Origin: Azolla caroliniana
Lineage: Eukaryota; Plantae; Polypodiophyta
Reading direction: 5' to 3'
NCBI GenBank assembly: GCA_043228905.1
Contig: JBHGNT010000008.1
Location: forward strand, 14,446,001-14,510,000
Length of the DNA stretch: 64,000 nt
The position numbers and the translations under genes were made by a program. Shown in pieces: positions 1 to 14,000 of this stretch. The notes under the pieces were generated by a model that saw only the letters and a program-made list of their open reading frames with translations, was not told the DNA's origin and did not search any database. Each line of letters starts with the position of its first letter. Within the stretch, counting starts at the first letter, position 1.

Positions 1-439
1 CAACACATAAGGATCTAATAGCTACTCAATTATAAAAAAATGGAACTATAATATAATATATATTTTTACCATGGGCCAACCCTCCCATTGATGTGGAGCT
101 AGTGCATTTAGGTTCACTCCATTTTGACATTCGTGTTCACAAACTTGGATTCGTGACTGGGTGAATCATGAACTGACATAAAGAACACCAACACAACTAG
201 AACCGATCTAGCATAAGTTTTCACTTGTATAATAGGAGGATTGCAAAATCAAGACAATGTTCTTCACCTTCCAAGAGAATGTCTAGTCACGAGGGGGGAA
301 ACTAATGTACCCTTACGAACCAAACTCTTGAAAACTAGTACAAGATTCAGGAACTAGAATATGTTCAACTTGAGATTAAGCATGCCCAAATAGGGAAAAA
401 AACGCTAATACCTATCTAAAAGCACAAAGGTGAAGTAAT

Positions 440-620
440 AGAAAGAAAGAAAGATATATTAACGTCTTCTAAGACCAAATTTGGCATGGAGGTCCTACTA
501 AGACAAAGTTGATATCCTCCTTGCAAATGAAGAGAGGATAGCTACAATAAGCCGAGATATCAAGGAGGTAAAACAACAAATGCATAGAGAAGTGCACAGG
601 AGTTCAAATAAAATACATGT
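440..620 (-). mobile_element. LINE 3'-end remnant with (TTTC)n tail
   Basis: Minus-strand GCCAAATTTGGTCTTAGAAGACGTTAATATATC(TTTC)n matches the LINE termini at 15539-15587 and 48693-48748; the 620 boundary is approximate. Confidence 0.55.
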
Positions 621-699
621 ATGTTGTACTATGCATAAATAGCACAAATAAAATACAAAAACTGTATGTGTTGGGTGTAATTCTTGATGTCAGAATGAG

Positions 700-855
700 G
701 GCATCATAAGAATTTACTAATAAAATTACACATACATAAATTATCAACACACCAACCATAAAATCTCTCAAAAAGGCATCATAAGAATTTACTTATAATA
801 TTACACATACATACATCAATTATCAACACACCAACCATAAAATCTCTCGAAAAGG
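700..855. repeat. Tandem duplication, ~75-80 bp x2
   Basis: GGCATCATAAGAATTTACT...ATCAACACACCAACCATAAAATCTCTC occurs twice. Confidence 0.8.
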
Positions 856-1315
856 TATTGTTTTGATTCTTTGAATACAAGAATACAAATAGATACAAAA
901 AGTATATGTAGAGCAAGCGCATTCATACATCATTACAACTATAATATACAACAAAGTATTGGAACTCTCTAATTATGGTTAAGGCTTCATATTTAATATA
1001 TTTCATCCAAAGAGAACATCATTATGGAACTTCATGCTTTCAACAAACCATTCAAATTCCAATTGGGGAAATTTTAATGGTAGAGGTAGATACATATTAT
1101 TGTAATTTTATATATCACCCACTAAAGGTTTTATGAAGTGTTATTCAAATACAAGGATACAAATTTTACAAAAAAATTACTATGTAGATCAGATGGTATA
1201 TATCATCTTAATGATATAAAGGTTGGCTTTGATAATATACAACAAAGAATTGGACATCCTATTACACTATATAACCCATAGTGATACAAACTCTAATTAG
1301 CTCTATATATCCAAA

Positions 1316-2078
1316 TCATGCTGGTTTTGTGAAGTTCTTCTTGTGATCACACAGTAGGGAATCATAAGTACTCATACAACTCTTCGAGAAAGTTGTTATA
1401 GCATCTAGAACTTTCGGTAGGCCCTTTTGGAGACAACCTAGCATCATCACGCTATTCTCTTCACACAATTTCTTATGCCGTTCTTTTTCCACTTGGAGTT
1501 CTTTCACAAGTAGGTTAACTATAGCTTTTCTCTCTTCAAGAGGATCTCGATTCTCATGTGAAACCCCATTCTCTTGTCTACTTTTGTCATGCAAAGTATT
1601 CACATATGACTCCAGAGCTTGATTCTTCTTTTCAAAATCCTTTTGAAGCTCATTAATCCTCTTTTGAGCTTCCATTTCATACCCTTGTTTTATGAACATT
1701 TCATGCAAAATTTCAACAAAATCTTTAAGCTCAACTATCACTTTATCAGACGGCAACTCTTTTAGCTTACCACTCCATGATTTGCAAAGCTCCAATAGAG
1801 GAGCTACAACCTCCGATGATCCCAATACATCATTCTCGTTTTGTCCTCGTAACCACTCTACCATCGATTCCATCCATTCTTTTTGTGATTTCACCATAGT
1901 TTCCAAATTATTGCACAACTTTGCTATCTCATTTTTCAAATCACGAGTTAGCCTCTCAGAGAAATTGCCTCTTTCCTGGTTATTCAGGACTGTTTCAGGT
2001 TTCAGATTTATCAGATCCTGTATAAACAAATTTTGCTTTCCATGAGCAACACATGTCTTTGACCACATATTTTTTAGC
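1316..2078 (-). CDS. DUF630/DUF632 gene exon 4 (last)
   Basis: Acceptor TGTAG|G; [15 protein letters not shown]...[16 protein letters not shown]; stop TGA 1316-1318. Confidence 0.9.
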
Positions 2079-5000
2079 CTACACAAAACAAAAAAGACAG
2101 GTTAGGATGACATATGCCAAACATTAAAGTAAAAATGTGCTGGACGGAAAAAGGTGTTTTAACGTAATAAGCTTCAGTTTAGATTTAACTACGGATTTAT
2201 CATGACTTTATAATTCGGTGGTAGGTAGATTGGATTTGAGCATTTTATGTGATGGAGATTTATCACCAATGCTTGAAAAACTTAAGAAAGCATTCAACGT
2301 AAATCTGAGATTACAAAATCTTTCAACTTACACTTCCAACAAATTCACCAACTGGGGGGCAAGACAGGCATCCCTCAGTTTGCAGATTTCGGACTTCGCT
2401 TCCGTAATTGCTTGGAGCTCCACGAACAACTTGGTTTCCAAACCTTTGACAATATTATTCGTTTTATCAATCTTTGTTCCGGCTCCTCTTTCTTTTTGAC
2501 TTTGTAACTGCTTGGCTCTCCTGGCTAGCTCTAGAGTTGTAGATGCTAACGCCTTGTTCAAAAACTCTCTTTCAATTACCTTATCTCAAAACACTGAAAA
2601 TATTTCCTCAAAAAAGGAAACAATATCCAATCAATTACCTTAGATTCATCACAGAGTTTCTTCTCCCATGCATGCAACTTGTCTAGAGTCGAAGCAAGAT
2701 TCTCACTGTTATTTTGTTCATCTGCCAATGGTTCTTTTGGTGATTTGGTCCAAGAAATAATTCTAGAAACTTGCTGACGATGCCTCTGAATCCCTACAGA
2801 TTTTAAATAAGTAAGAAAAAAGATCCAAAAGACAGATAAAAGCAAATTTTTGTGTTCCGGTTGGATGCAAGATATGGAAAATTGGTTTGGAATATGGGAT
2901 GTAACACCCTTGATTCATGATGTATCAATAGATTTTGTTGTGAACGAGGCTTTTTGCAATGCCAATGTATCATGACATGGGAAAAATGAGGAGGCTCACA
3001 AATTATACTACATGTGCTTCACCTAACTCCAAAACCATTTTCTACGCCAAACGGGGAAACAGCACATATCAATACGAGTGAAGTGTCCATCGTGTTGTCT
3101 ACCATCGAACCATTGCTTCCATAAACCTTAGTTCACACACTACAATGTGAGATAGGACATTGAGGCACAAGTGATGAGAGGAGTTAACAATGCAAATTTT
3201 TCCCTAAACAAGTTCGGTAATTTGGGTATCACACTTTGATACAACACTCTGCCTTTGGTCACATTCAACTATGCTTTCCATGCATCTTCAATTGAACCCA
3301 ATCCATGCATGAATTTCTCTCACAATCATAATGTGCACGCTCAATCGCATCATCCATTAGTAAAGTTCTTGAAAACCGAGAGTAACTACTCACTTTTCTT
3401 AGATCATATCATAGATCTTGTTGTGAATTTTAATTCAAGCCATAGCTTGTCAAAATCAAGCCTCGTATGACAAAGTAATGGCTAAAATAAACTTGAAGAG
3501 AGAAGAGTGGAGAGAGAGAGAGAGAGAGATTTTATTATCGCATGTCCTATGAGACCAAAAAGATAGCATTTTCACATAATACATGTAAAATAAACAACCT
3601 GACTTGAGGATGAACCTTAAGCAAGCGCCCATGTAGTCCAAGATGGTTGATTATATGCTACAAATGACAAAGATACAACATGGTGCCACACTAGAATGTG
3701 TTGGATGGTGGCAGCTCCAGGCATGCACTCTCTTTCATCTTTATTATCACTCTTCAACATTCTCTCTCTTCCTAGATTCTTCTCTCTCTAGAATCTGCAA
3801 CTCTTTCAATGCCTTCTCTCTCTAGAATCTGCAACAATTTAAATACCTTCTCTCTCTTCCACTTTTTCCAAGATATCCCCTCTTATTCCTAATTTAGTAC
3901 TCCTAGTTTATTGTACCTGTTTGGTAGTACAAGAGTCACTTAACTACCAAACAACCATTTCACCCTCATTCCCCAATTTTGTATAAATAGGCTATACCAG
4001 CCTCTTTTGTAAAGACTTTATTTTTGCTACTACTTGCAAACAAGCTCTACTCTTTCAATGCCTTCTCTCCCTAGAATCTGCAATGCTTTAAATACCTTCT
4101 CTCTCTTCCACTTTTTTCAAGATATCCCCTCTTATTCTTAATTTAGTACTCCTAGTTTATTGTACCTGTTTGGTAGTACAAGAGTCACTTAACTACCAAA
4201 CAACCATTTCACCATCGTTCCCCAATTTTGTATAAATAGGCTATACCAGCCTCTTTTGTAAAGACTTTATTTTTGCTACTAGCAAACAAGCTCTACTCTT
4301 TGCAACCATTTTTGCTATTGTTGTCTCTAACAGCCTTTTCACAGCTTGGTTGTGTCTATTTTGTTCTAACAATTGTTTCGTTGCTGCTATTAACAGCTTT
4401 TCTCACATGGTATCAGAGTAGTGAGATCTCCATAGCCTTAGCCTGATTTTTTTGTCGAAGAGCACACAAACCTATCTTCTTTTCTCCCACCCTTAAGAGG
4501 AGTTTTTTCCTTTTCTTTGCAGCCTCCCTCACAACCCTATAGAGGAGGTTCTCGTTGCAGCCACCCTCCCAACCTACAGAGGAGGTTCTTCTTTTGCTTT
4601 TCCCCTCATATGAGCCTCGCCTAGCATCTAGGGAGGAGTAGAAAGACCCTGAGCATCTACTTACAGCTGCTGCGAATTGTCTAATTGTAGCTCAAGAGGA
4701 GGATATCCATGGCCTCACATGCCACCATTGTTTCATCAACCATTCCCTAACTCCCCAAAGAGTTCATCTTGGATGGGAACAATTACTTGGATTGGGAATT
4801 GCAGATAAAGAGCTTGCCACAGTACCATCATCTATGGAATGTAGTCAATGGTAGTGACAAGAAACCACCTATAACTTCATCCTCTTCAACCAAATCAGTT
4901 GCTGGCTCATCTAAAGCTGAGATTGAAGCTTGGCTAGATAAGGATTCTCGTGCTAATGCTTTCCTCATGTTTAATATTAAACCGAGCATCGCTCGTCAAT

Positions 5001-8000
5001 TTCAAGATACAAATGAAGAGACAGCCAATGAACTATGGGCAGCCATCAAAAACCAGTATCATCGAGCTAATCATGCTCAAATGATAGCTATTGAGAGCCA
5101 ACTAGCAAATCTCAAGATTCATGACACTCCCAACATCATGGATCAAATAACGTAATTTGTTACTCTCCAAAAGGAACTAGTTTCTTTGGGAAGCAAGTCA
5201 ACCGAAGTTGAATTTGGGCATCGTCTAATGATCAAGTTGCCTGAGTCATTCTCGGCCTTTTGTGACACAATTTCTCTTCTTCCCAACACATCTGATATGA
5301 ATACATTTCTTGGCATGCTACAAGACAGCACAACAAGCAAGAAAGGTGATCAAACTTCCAATGAGATGCTTCTACATGCGAAAGGTAAAGGCAAGTGGAA
5401 GCAAAATGGCAACTCCTACAACAAACCCAATCCAAGACCACCAAACAACCCAGCCTACAAGGAGCTCACCTATCATTATTGTGGCTAGAAAGGTCACATT
5501 CAGCCTGACTGTCGAAAAAAGAAAAGGCACAATGCCAAGAAATCTTCTTCCACCAAAAGTCAACCTACACCAAAATCAAACTCTGGTCCACTCAGCCAAA
5601 GCAACAGTTTTCCTTGGCATTGAGGAACATTCTTCACATTTGGCTGGACCAACTACCTCAACCATTGATGAGTTGATGAGTGGTTAGTAGACAGTGGTGC
5701 CACTGCACACATGACTTATGACAAATCCATTTTGCATGATGTGAAGCTTAGGTCCTCCCAAATCTCCATAGGAGACGCCTCAAGCATTGAGGTTTCGTGT
5801 GTGGGTAATGTGTTTCTTAACACTTCTTCAAATGACGAACTTGCCATTCTTCAAGATGTGCTACATGTGCGCTTGCACTTGCTGCTCACAACAAATGGCC
5901 CATCTTTCAAATGGATGTCAAGTCAGCCTTCCTTAATGGTGACTTGAAAGAGGAAGTTTATGTTGAACAGCCTCCAGGTTTCGAGATTTCAGAGCAGAAA
6001 AACATGGTCTACATGTTACACAAAGCCTTGTCTAGCTTAAAGCAAGTTCCCAAAGCTTGGCATGACAAAATTGATACCTTCTTTCTCTTTGGGTTTTAGC
6101 ACTGTTATGCTGATAGCAATCTCTATGTTTTTTCCCAAGATAATTTGCTATGCTTGATCATATTATATGTTGATAACCTTCTAATTACATGGTTCCTTGC
6201 TTCTAAAATTGAAGAACTCCCCGCAGACCTCAAAACAACATTTGAAATGACTAATCTAGGACTTCTCCATTATTTTATACGTATGGAGGTCCATCAATCA
6301 CATGGTAGTATCTTCCTCAACCAACATAGGTATCTCATGCAGCTCCTTGAGACCTATAGCATGTCAAATTGCAAGCCACTCTCCTGTCCAATGGATCCAA
6401 ACTCAACGCTATCTCATGAAGAAAATTCTCCCTTATTTAAAGATATGACGAAATATTGAAGGTTAATTGGGTCTCTTCTTCACTTAACTTACACTAGGCC
6501 TGATTTGTCTTATAATGTGAGATTTCTCAGCCAATTCTCAAGTGATCCAAGACAAAGTCATTGGCAAGCAACTATTCGAGTTCTTAGGTATTTGGCCAAC
6601 ACACTCAACTATGGTCTCTCTTTTAGAGGCGGCATCAAGCTTGTTGGCTACTCAGATGCTGATTGGGCAAGTGATATTGATTCTAGAGGGTCCACATCTA
6701 GCTATTGGTTTATGTTAGATTCAAGCTTGCTTTCTTGGAAATCAAAGAAGCAAACCTCAGTTTCTACTTCATCGACGAAAGCTGAATATCGCGCCACTTG
6801 GATACTTCTTGTGAGTTGCTATGGTTAATGCAATTGTTTTGTCATATTAGTGTTTTGCAAGACTCTCCTATTGCACTTCTCACTGACAGCTAGCAATGAG
6901 CACGGTTTTGGCTCAACCCGAACCAAATTGTTAAGCCATGGTTTAACAGTTTATTGGTTCCAAAAAAATTTAAAGATTTGGTTTGGTTTGGATTTTCAAT
7001 AAACGGTTCGGTTTCGGTTTGGTTTGGTTCGGTTCTAAAACTCGGGTTTATAGGTTTATAGGTTTGGTTTATAGGTTTATAGGTTTTTGGTTAACTTTTT
7101 TTTACCTTAATAGTTTATTAATTTAATGGTTTAATTAGTGGTTTTTTATTGATTTTAATTAATTTAACTTAAATTTTTATTTAATTTAATGGTTCAATTA
7201 AAGTTTCTTTTATTGATTTAATAAATTTAACTTTAATACTTATTTAATTTAATGTATTTTTGTTCATTTAGATGTTTAATTAGTTTGATTTAAATGGTTT
7301 GGCTTAAATTTTTTATTAAATGGTTCGGTTTGGTTTCAACTTTTTCCTAAACAGTTTGGTTTGGTTTTTGTTTTATATAAACGGTTCGGTTCGGTTTCTT
7401 TGCCTTGAAACCGAACCGTGCCCATCGCTACTGACAGCCAAAGTGCTCGTTTATTAATTTAATGGTTTAATTAGTGGTTTTTTATTGATTTTAATTAATT
7501 TAACTTAAATGTTTATTTAATTTAATGGTTCAATGAAAGTTTCTTTTATTGATTTAATAAATTTAACTTAAATACTTATTTAATTTAATGTATTTTTGTT
7601 TATTTAGATGTTTAATTAGTTTGATTTAAATGGTTAGGCTTAAATTTTTTATTAAATGGTTCGGTTTGGTTTCAACTTTTTCCTAAACGGTTTGGTTTGG
7701 TTTGGTTTTTGTTTTATATAAACGGTTCGGTTCGGTTCGGTTTCTTTGCCTTGAGGTTTCTTTGCCTTGAAACCAAATTGTGCCCATCGCTACTGACAAC
7801 CAAAGTGCCCGTTTATTAATTTAATGGTTTAATTAGTGGTTTTTTATTGATTTTAATTAATTTAACTTAAATGTTTATTTAATTTAATGATTCAATGAAA
7901 GTTTCTTTTATTGATTTAATAAATTTAACTTAAATAATTATTTAATTTAATGTATTTTTGTTTATTTAGATGTTTAATTAGTTTGATTTAAATGGTTAGG

Positions 8001-11000
8001 CTTAAATTTTTTATTAAATGGTTTGGTTTGGTTTCAACTTTTTCCTAAATGGTTTGGTTTGGTTTTTGTTTTATATAAACGGTTTGATTTCAGTACAGTT
8101 CGGTTTCTTTGCCTTGAAACCGAACCATGCCCATCGCTTCTGATAGCCAAAGTGCCCGTGCCTTGGCACATAGCTTAGCATTTCATAGTAGAAAAAAACA
8201 TATTGAAGTGCATTACCATTTTGTTTGTGAATTAGTGAAATCACAAGTCATCAACTTGGCATATTGTCCTACTCAAGAAAATGTGGTTGATTTATTTATT
8301 AAGCCACTTACAAAGCAAGCCATTGATCAACTCCTTGGTTGACTAAATGTTGGACCGTCGTTCTGGAGTTGGAGGGTGGCACCTCCAAACTTGCACTCTC
8401 TTTTATCTTTATTATCTCTCTTCTATATTCTCTCTTCCTAGATTCTTCTCTCTATAATCTGCAACTCTTTAAATGTCTTCTATCTCTTCCACTTTTTCCA
8501 AGATATTCCCTCTTATTCCTAATTTCATATTCCTAGTTTATTGTACCTGTTTGGTTGTACAAGAGTCAGGTAACTACCAAACAACCATTTCACCCACGTT
8601 CCCCAATTTTGTATAAATAGGCTATACCAACCTCTTTTGTAAAGACTTTATTTTTGCTACTACTTCCAAACAAGGTCGACTCTTTGGCTGTGTCTCTACT
8701 CTTTGCAACCATTTTTGCTACTGTTGTCTAACAGCCTTCTCCAGCTCGATTGTGTCTATTTTGTTCCAACAATTGTTCCATTGTTGCTATTAACAACTTT
8801 TCTCACAAAATGCAAATGGGAAGCTTTGAAGAAAGTCATTCTCTCATGCACAAACAAATGTTTTTATCACGGACACACTAACCGCGGACTACGACAAAGC
8901 ACGGATGACAAGGCTATGATCGATAAGGCTACGAATGTGGAATAGGAAGTCACAAGGCTAGGAACTCTAGAAGTTGTGCATGATGAGAACAAGAACTTAG
9001 GAAGCTATGGAGAGCATGAAGACATAGATAAAGAAGGAGACAATATGGCATGAAACAAGAAGACTAGATTGATATGTCAATGATTGGCGTCGAATCCCTT
9101 GAAAGGGACCAACGAGGTTATAAGTATTTATACTGTGAGTCAAAGTACATGCATTAGAATATCCAGGAGAATATTCAAGAGAATATTCTAGAACCTTCTA
9201 GTTCTAGAACTTTCTAAAAACTCTTAGAACGTGAAATAGATAATCTACTAATAATCTACTAAGATGTACATAATATGACCATATATTTGGATGTGTTGGT
9301 TAGAACACAACACTTGACTATATCGAAGAGGTCAAGAGTTCAAATCTTGACATGACTGTTGTCATGCTTGTGACAGTTTTCGACCAAGCACACATCTTGG
9401 AAATGCATCAAGAAATGTAGTTCAAAGAAAAAATGGTTTGATAAAGAATGTCATGAAGCTTGAAAGCGTCGTATGATTTTGGATGTAATTAAGGATAAAA
9501 AAATTTATCAAAAGCATTTGCGTGAGTACAAACGCAAGAGAAAGCGCATGCATGTGCTAAATTTTGGGGAAATTTAAAGGGGAAACGTGTTGAGAGTTAT
9601 GGTGACTTAACTCTTCTTGACTTGTCTATGCATTGACCCTTCGAGTATTAATGGAGGAAAGTCGCCTTGGAGGTAAAGGTTTATATTGTTGCTTCGTAGA
9701 CTTCAAGAACGCTTTTGATATGGTATCTCGTGAGCATCTTTGAAGGCTAATGGAAGAACTCAAGGTGTCAAGTGAATATATGCTTGCAATCTCCTGAATA
9801 TATGAGAAGGTTATATGTTGTGTGCGTAAGGGCAATAAACTTTCAGATTTTTTCAATAGCACTATTGGTGCTAAGCAAGGATGCCCACTCTCACCAACTC
9901 TATTTGGTCTATGCATTGACGAATTGGAAGAAATGGTTGCCAAGTTTGTAAAGGAAGAACGTGTTGAAGAAGTTGCAATTGGGAATGTTGTCATTATGCT
10001 TTTGCTATATGCGGAAAGCTTCAAATATCTTGCCCTTGAAGTTCCTTCAAACCATAGATGGAATGAATGTACTACACGCCGCTTAGAGGTGGGAAAGTGA
10101 GCATATTATGCATTTGGGAACACATGCAATCATGGAGATATTAAGTGTTGGGTCCTCAAGAAATACCTTTTCGACACTTTGGTGACACCAATGCTTCTCT
10201 ATGGGGTGGAAGCATGGGGTGGTAGCATCCCTAAATCTACTTGGAAAGAGTTTGAAAATGTCCAAAAACATTTTCTTACAAAGGTTCTAGAAGTTAAGAA
10301 ACAAACGTCATACATCCTCCTCCTTGAGACGGGATCACTTCCCATTGAGATCATGGCCATGGAAAGGGTTGTTGAATACATGCTAAGGTTCAAAAAAGTC
10401 TCTCACATCGACTTTCTAGAATTGCATGGGAAGCAAGCAAAAAGACCCAAAAGACGCATAAAAGCAAAATTTTGCGTTTTGAATGCAAGATATGCAAAAG
10501 TGGTTTGGTAGATGGGATGCAACACATTTGCTTCATGATGCATCACTAGATTCCTCTGTAAATGAGGCCTTTTTGAAACACCAATGTATCATGACATGGG
10601 AAAAATGTGGACGTCCCCGCTTCACACATTATGCTACACATGTTGCACCTTACTACTAAACAATATTCTTTACAAAACAAGGAAACCGTACACATCGATA
10701 CATGTTAGAGCCCATCCCATTGTCTACCATTCAAACCATTACTTCTATGCAACTTAGCTCACATGCATTGCAATGTGAGAAGGGGCATTGGGGCACAAAT
10801 GATGAGAGTGGTCGACTATGCACACTTTGCCCTAAACAATTTCGAGAGTCTGAGTATCATACTTTGATACAATGTTTTGCGTTTAATCATATTCATGTTG
10901 GAGGGTGGCAGCTCCAAACCTGCACTCTCTTTCATATTTATTATCTCTGTACTACATTCTCTCTTTTCTCAAATTCTTCTCTCTCTAGAATCTGCAACTC

Positions 11001-14000
11001 TTTAAATGCCTTCTCTCTCTAGAATCTACAATGCTTTAAATGCCTTTTCTCTCTTCTACCTTTTCCAAGATATTCCCTTTTATTCCTAGTTTTTTGTACC
11101 TGTTTGGTAGTATAAGAGTCACTTAACTACCAAACAGCCATTTCACCCACATTCCCCAATTTTGTATAAATAGGCTATACCAACCTCTTTTGTATAGTTT
11201 TTCATTTTCTTTTTTGCTACTTAAAACAAGCTCTATTCCTTGGTTATGTCTCTACTCTTTGCAACCATTTTTTCTACTGCTGTCTAACAGCCTTCTCACA
11301 GCTTGGTTGTCTCTTCCGCTGCTGCTATTAACAGCTTTTCTCACATGGTATCAAAGCAGTGAGGTCTCCATATCCTCAACCTGATTTTTTTTTGCCAAAG
11401 AGCACACAGACCTATCTTCTTTTATCCCTCCCTCCCAACCCTACAGAGGAGGCTCTTCTGTTTTCTTTTCCCCTTATCTGAGCCTCACCTAGCATCTAGG
11501 GAGAAGTAGAAAGACCCTGAGTATCTACTTACAACTGCTGTAAATTGTCCAACTGTAGCTCAAGAGGAGGATATCCATGGTCTCACATGCCACCATTGTT
11601 TCATCAACCATTCCCCAACTCCCCAAAGAATCCATCTTGGATGGGAACAATTACTTGGATTGGGAGCTACAAATAAAGACCTTGCTACAATACCATCGTT
11701 TATGGAATGTAGTCAATGGTAGTGACAAGAAACCACCAGTAACTTCATCCTCTTCAACCAAATCAGTTGCTGGCTCATCTAACGCTGAGATTGAAGCTTG
11801 GCTAGATAAGGATTCTCGTGCTCATGCTTTCCTCATGTTTAATATTAAACCGAGCATCGCTCGTCAATTTCAAGATAAAGATGACGAGAAAGCCAATGAA
11901 CTATGGACAGCCATCAAAAGGAGGTATCATCGAGCTAATCATGCTCAAATGATAGCTATTGAAAGCCAACTAGCAAATCTCAAGATTCATGACACTCCCA
12001 ACATCATGGATCAAATAATGGAATTTGTCACTCTCCAAAAGGAACTAGTTTCTTTGGGAAGCAAGTCCACTGAAGTTGAGTTTGTGCATCGTCTAATGAT
12101 AAAGTTGCCCGAGTCATTCTCAGCCTTTTGTGACACCATTTCTCTTCTTCCCAACACACCTGACATGAATACATTTCTTGGTATGCTACAAGATAGGGCA
12201 ACAAGGAAGAAAAGTGCTCAAACTTCCAATGAGACGCTTCTACATGCGACAAGTAAAGGCAAGTGGAAGCAAAATGGTAACTCCTACAACAAACCCAATC
12301 CAAGACCGCCAAACAACCCAGCTTACAAGGAGCTCACTTGTCATTATTGTGGCTACAAAGGTCACATTCAGCCAGATTGTCGGAAAAAGAAAAGGGACAA
12401 TGCTAAGAACTCTTCTTCTACCAGAAATCAACCTACACCGAAATCCAACTCGGCCCACTCAGCCAAAGCAACAGTTTTCCTTGGCATTGAGGAACATACT
12501 TCACATTTGGCTGGACCAACTACTTCAACCATCGATGAGTGGTTAGTAGATAGTGGTGCCACTTCACACATGACCTATGACAAATCCATTTTGCATGATG
12601 TGAAGCCTAGCTCTTCCCAAATCTCTATAGGAGATGCCTCAAGCATTGAGGCTTCATGTGTGGGTAATGTGTTTCTTGACAATTCTTCAAGTGAAGAACC
12701 TGTCGTTCTTCAAGATGTGCTACATGTGCCTCGCATCTCTACCAACCTACTTTCGGTTTACAAAATCACCAAGCAAGGTTATGGAGTCTACTTTGATAGC
12801 TCAGTTTTGGAAGTGATTGACACCAACAGCCTACAAATTGTAGCTAGTGGCACACAAGAAGGGGGTTTATATCGCCTAAAAAGCTCCCATAGCCCCTTGG
12901 AAAACTCCAAATCTCATCTTCTTCATCTTCTTCAAGGCTCTCATGCCTTGGTGGCACAAGAAGATCCCACGTTGTGGCATGCTAGGTTTGGTCATCTCAA
13001 CTATGATTCTCTTCAAAAGCTCTCCTCCTCCCAACTAGTTGAGGGTCTTCCTATTTTCAAATCTCCCAATACCCCATGTGTTGCTTGTCTTCATGGCAAG
13101 CAACATCGAGAGCCTTTCCCTCATGAAGCCACTCATCGAGCAACATCTATCTTGGAGTTAGTGCACATGGATCTTTGTGGTCCCATGAAAACCACTACTC
13201 TTGGTGGTGTACGCTACTTCATGCTTATAATTGATGACTTCTCCCGCAAGGTTTGGGTTTATTTTCTTGTAGAAAAATCCCAAGCCTTCGCAAAATTTCA
13301 AGAATGGGTAGCTCTCGTGGAGAACGAGACATCGAAGAAAGTTCGAAAGATCAGGTCGGACAATGGTGGAGAGTTTATGTCCAAAGCTTTCCACCATTTC
13401 TGCTCTCAACGAGGCATTGCTCGCCAATTTTCTACACCCAATACTCCTCAACAAAATGGAGTCGTGGAAAGGAAGAACCGGACAGTCCAAGAGATGGCTC
13501 GTACGATGCTATCTCAATCTGATCTTCCTCTCTCGTTTTGGGGTGAAGCTATCAACACAGCAATCTACATCATCAATTGCTGCCCAACAAAAGCAGTTGC
13601 TGGAATGACACCTGCAGAAGCATTTACAAGTGTAAAGCCCTCAGTATCTCATTTTAAAGTCTTTGGTTGTGATGCTTATGTTCACATTTCAGATCATAAA
13701 AGGACGAAATTTGAGTCCAAAACCAAGAAATGCAAATTTCTTGGTTACAACACACAATCTAAAGCATACAGGTTATGGGATTTAGAGTCAAAGTCCCTAG
13801 TCATATCCAGGGATGTTCATTTTGTGGAGTCTCAGCCGGATGACTCTAGGATTTCACCTGAGTTCATGGTTGAAATCCAAGCTCCTCCGGAATCTCCTAT
13901 TTTAGACGAAGTTGTCTCATCTTCAAGCCCCCCATCTCCTCCTACTCAATCTCTAACTTCGCCAACAATTCAAACCTCTCCCTCAACTCCACTTGTTTCC

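Larger units (their letters stand above)
3699..8807 (+). mobile_element. Copia LTR retrotransposon copy 1 (degenerate, integrase deleted)
   Basis: 5' LTR 3699-4407 (TGTTG...TCACA); PBS TGGTATCAGAG 4408-4418 (tRNA-iMet type); gag, protease ([10 protein letters not shown]), RT C-half (LYVDNL) and RNase H ([19 protein letters not shown]) with stops; 3' LTR ~8368-8807; TSD GAATG/AAATG. Confidence 0.93.

Noticed and set aside
940-951. Pumilio-like site (UGUAUAUU) in the DUF632 3' UTR, suggesting regulation by the neighbouring PUF
   Set aside because: A 7/8 match in AT-rich sequence is expected by chance.
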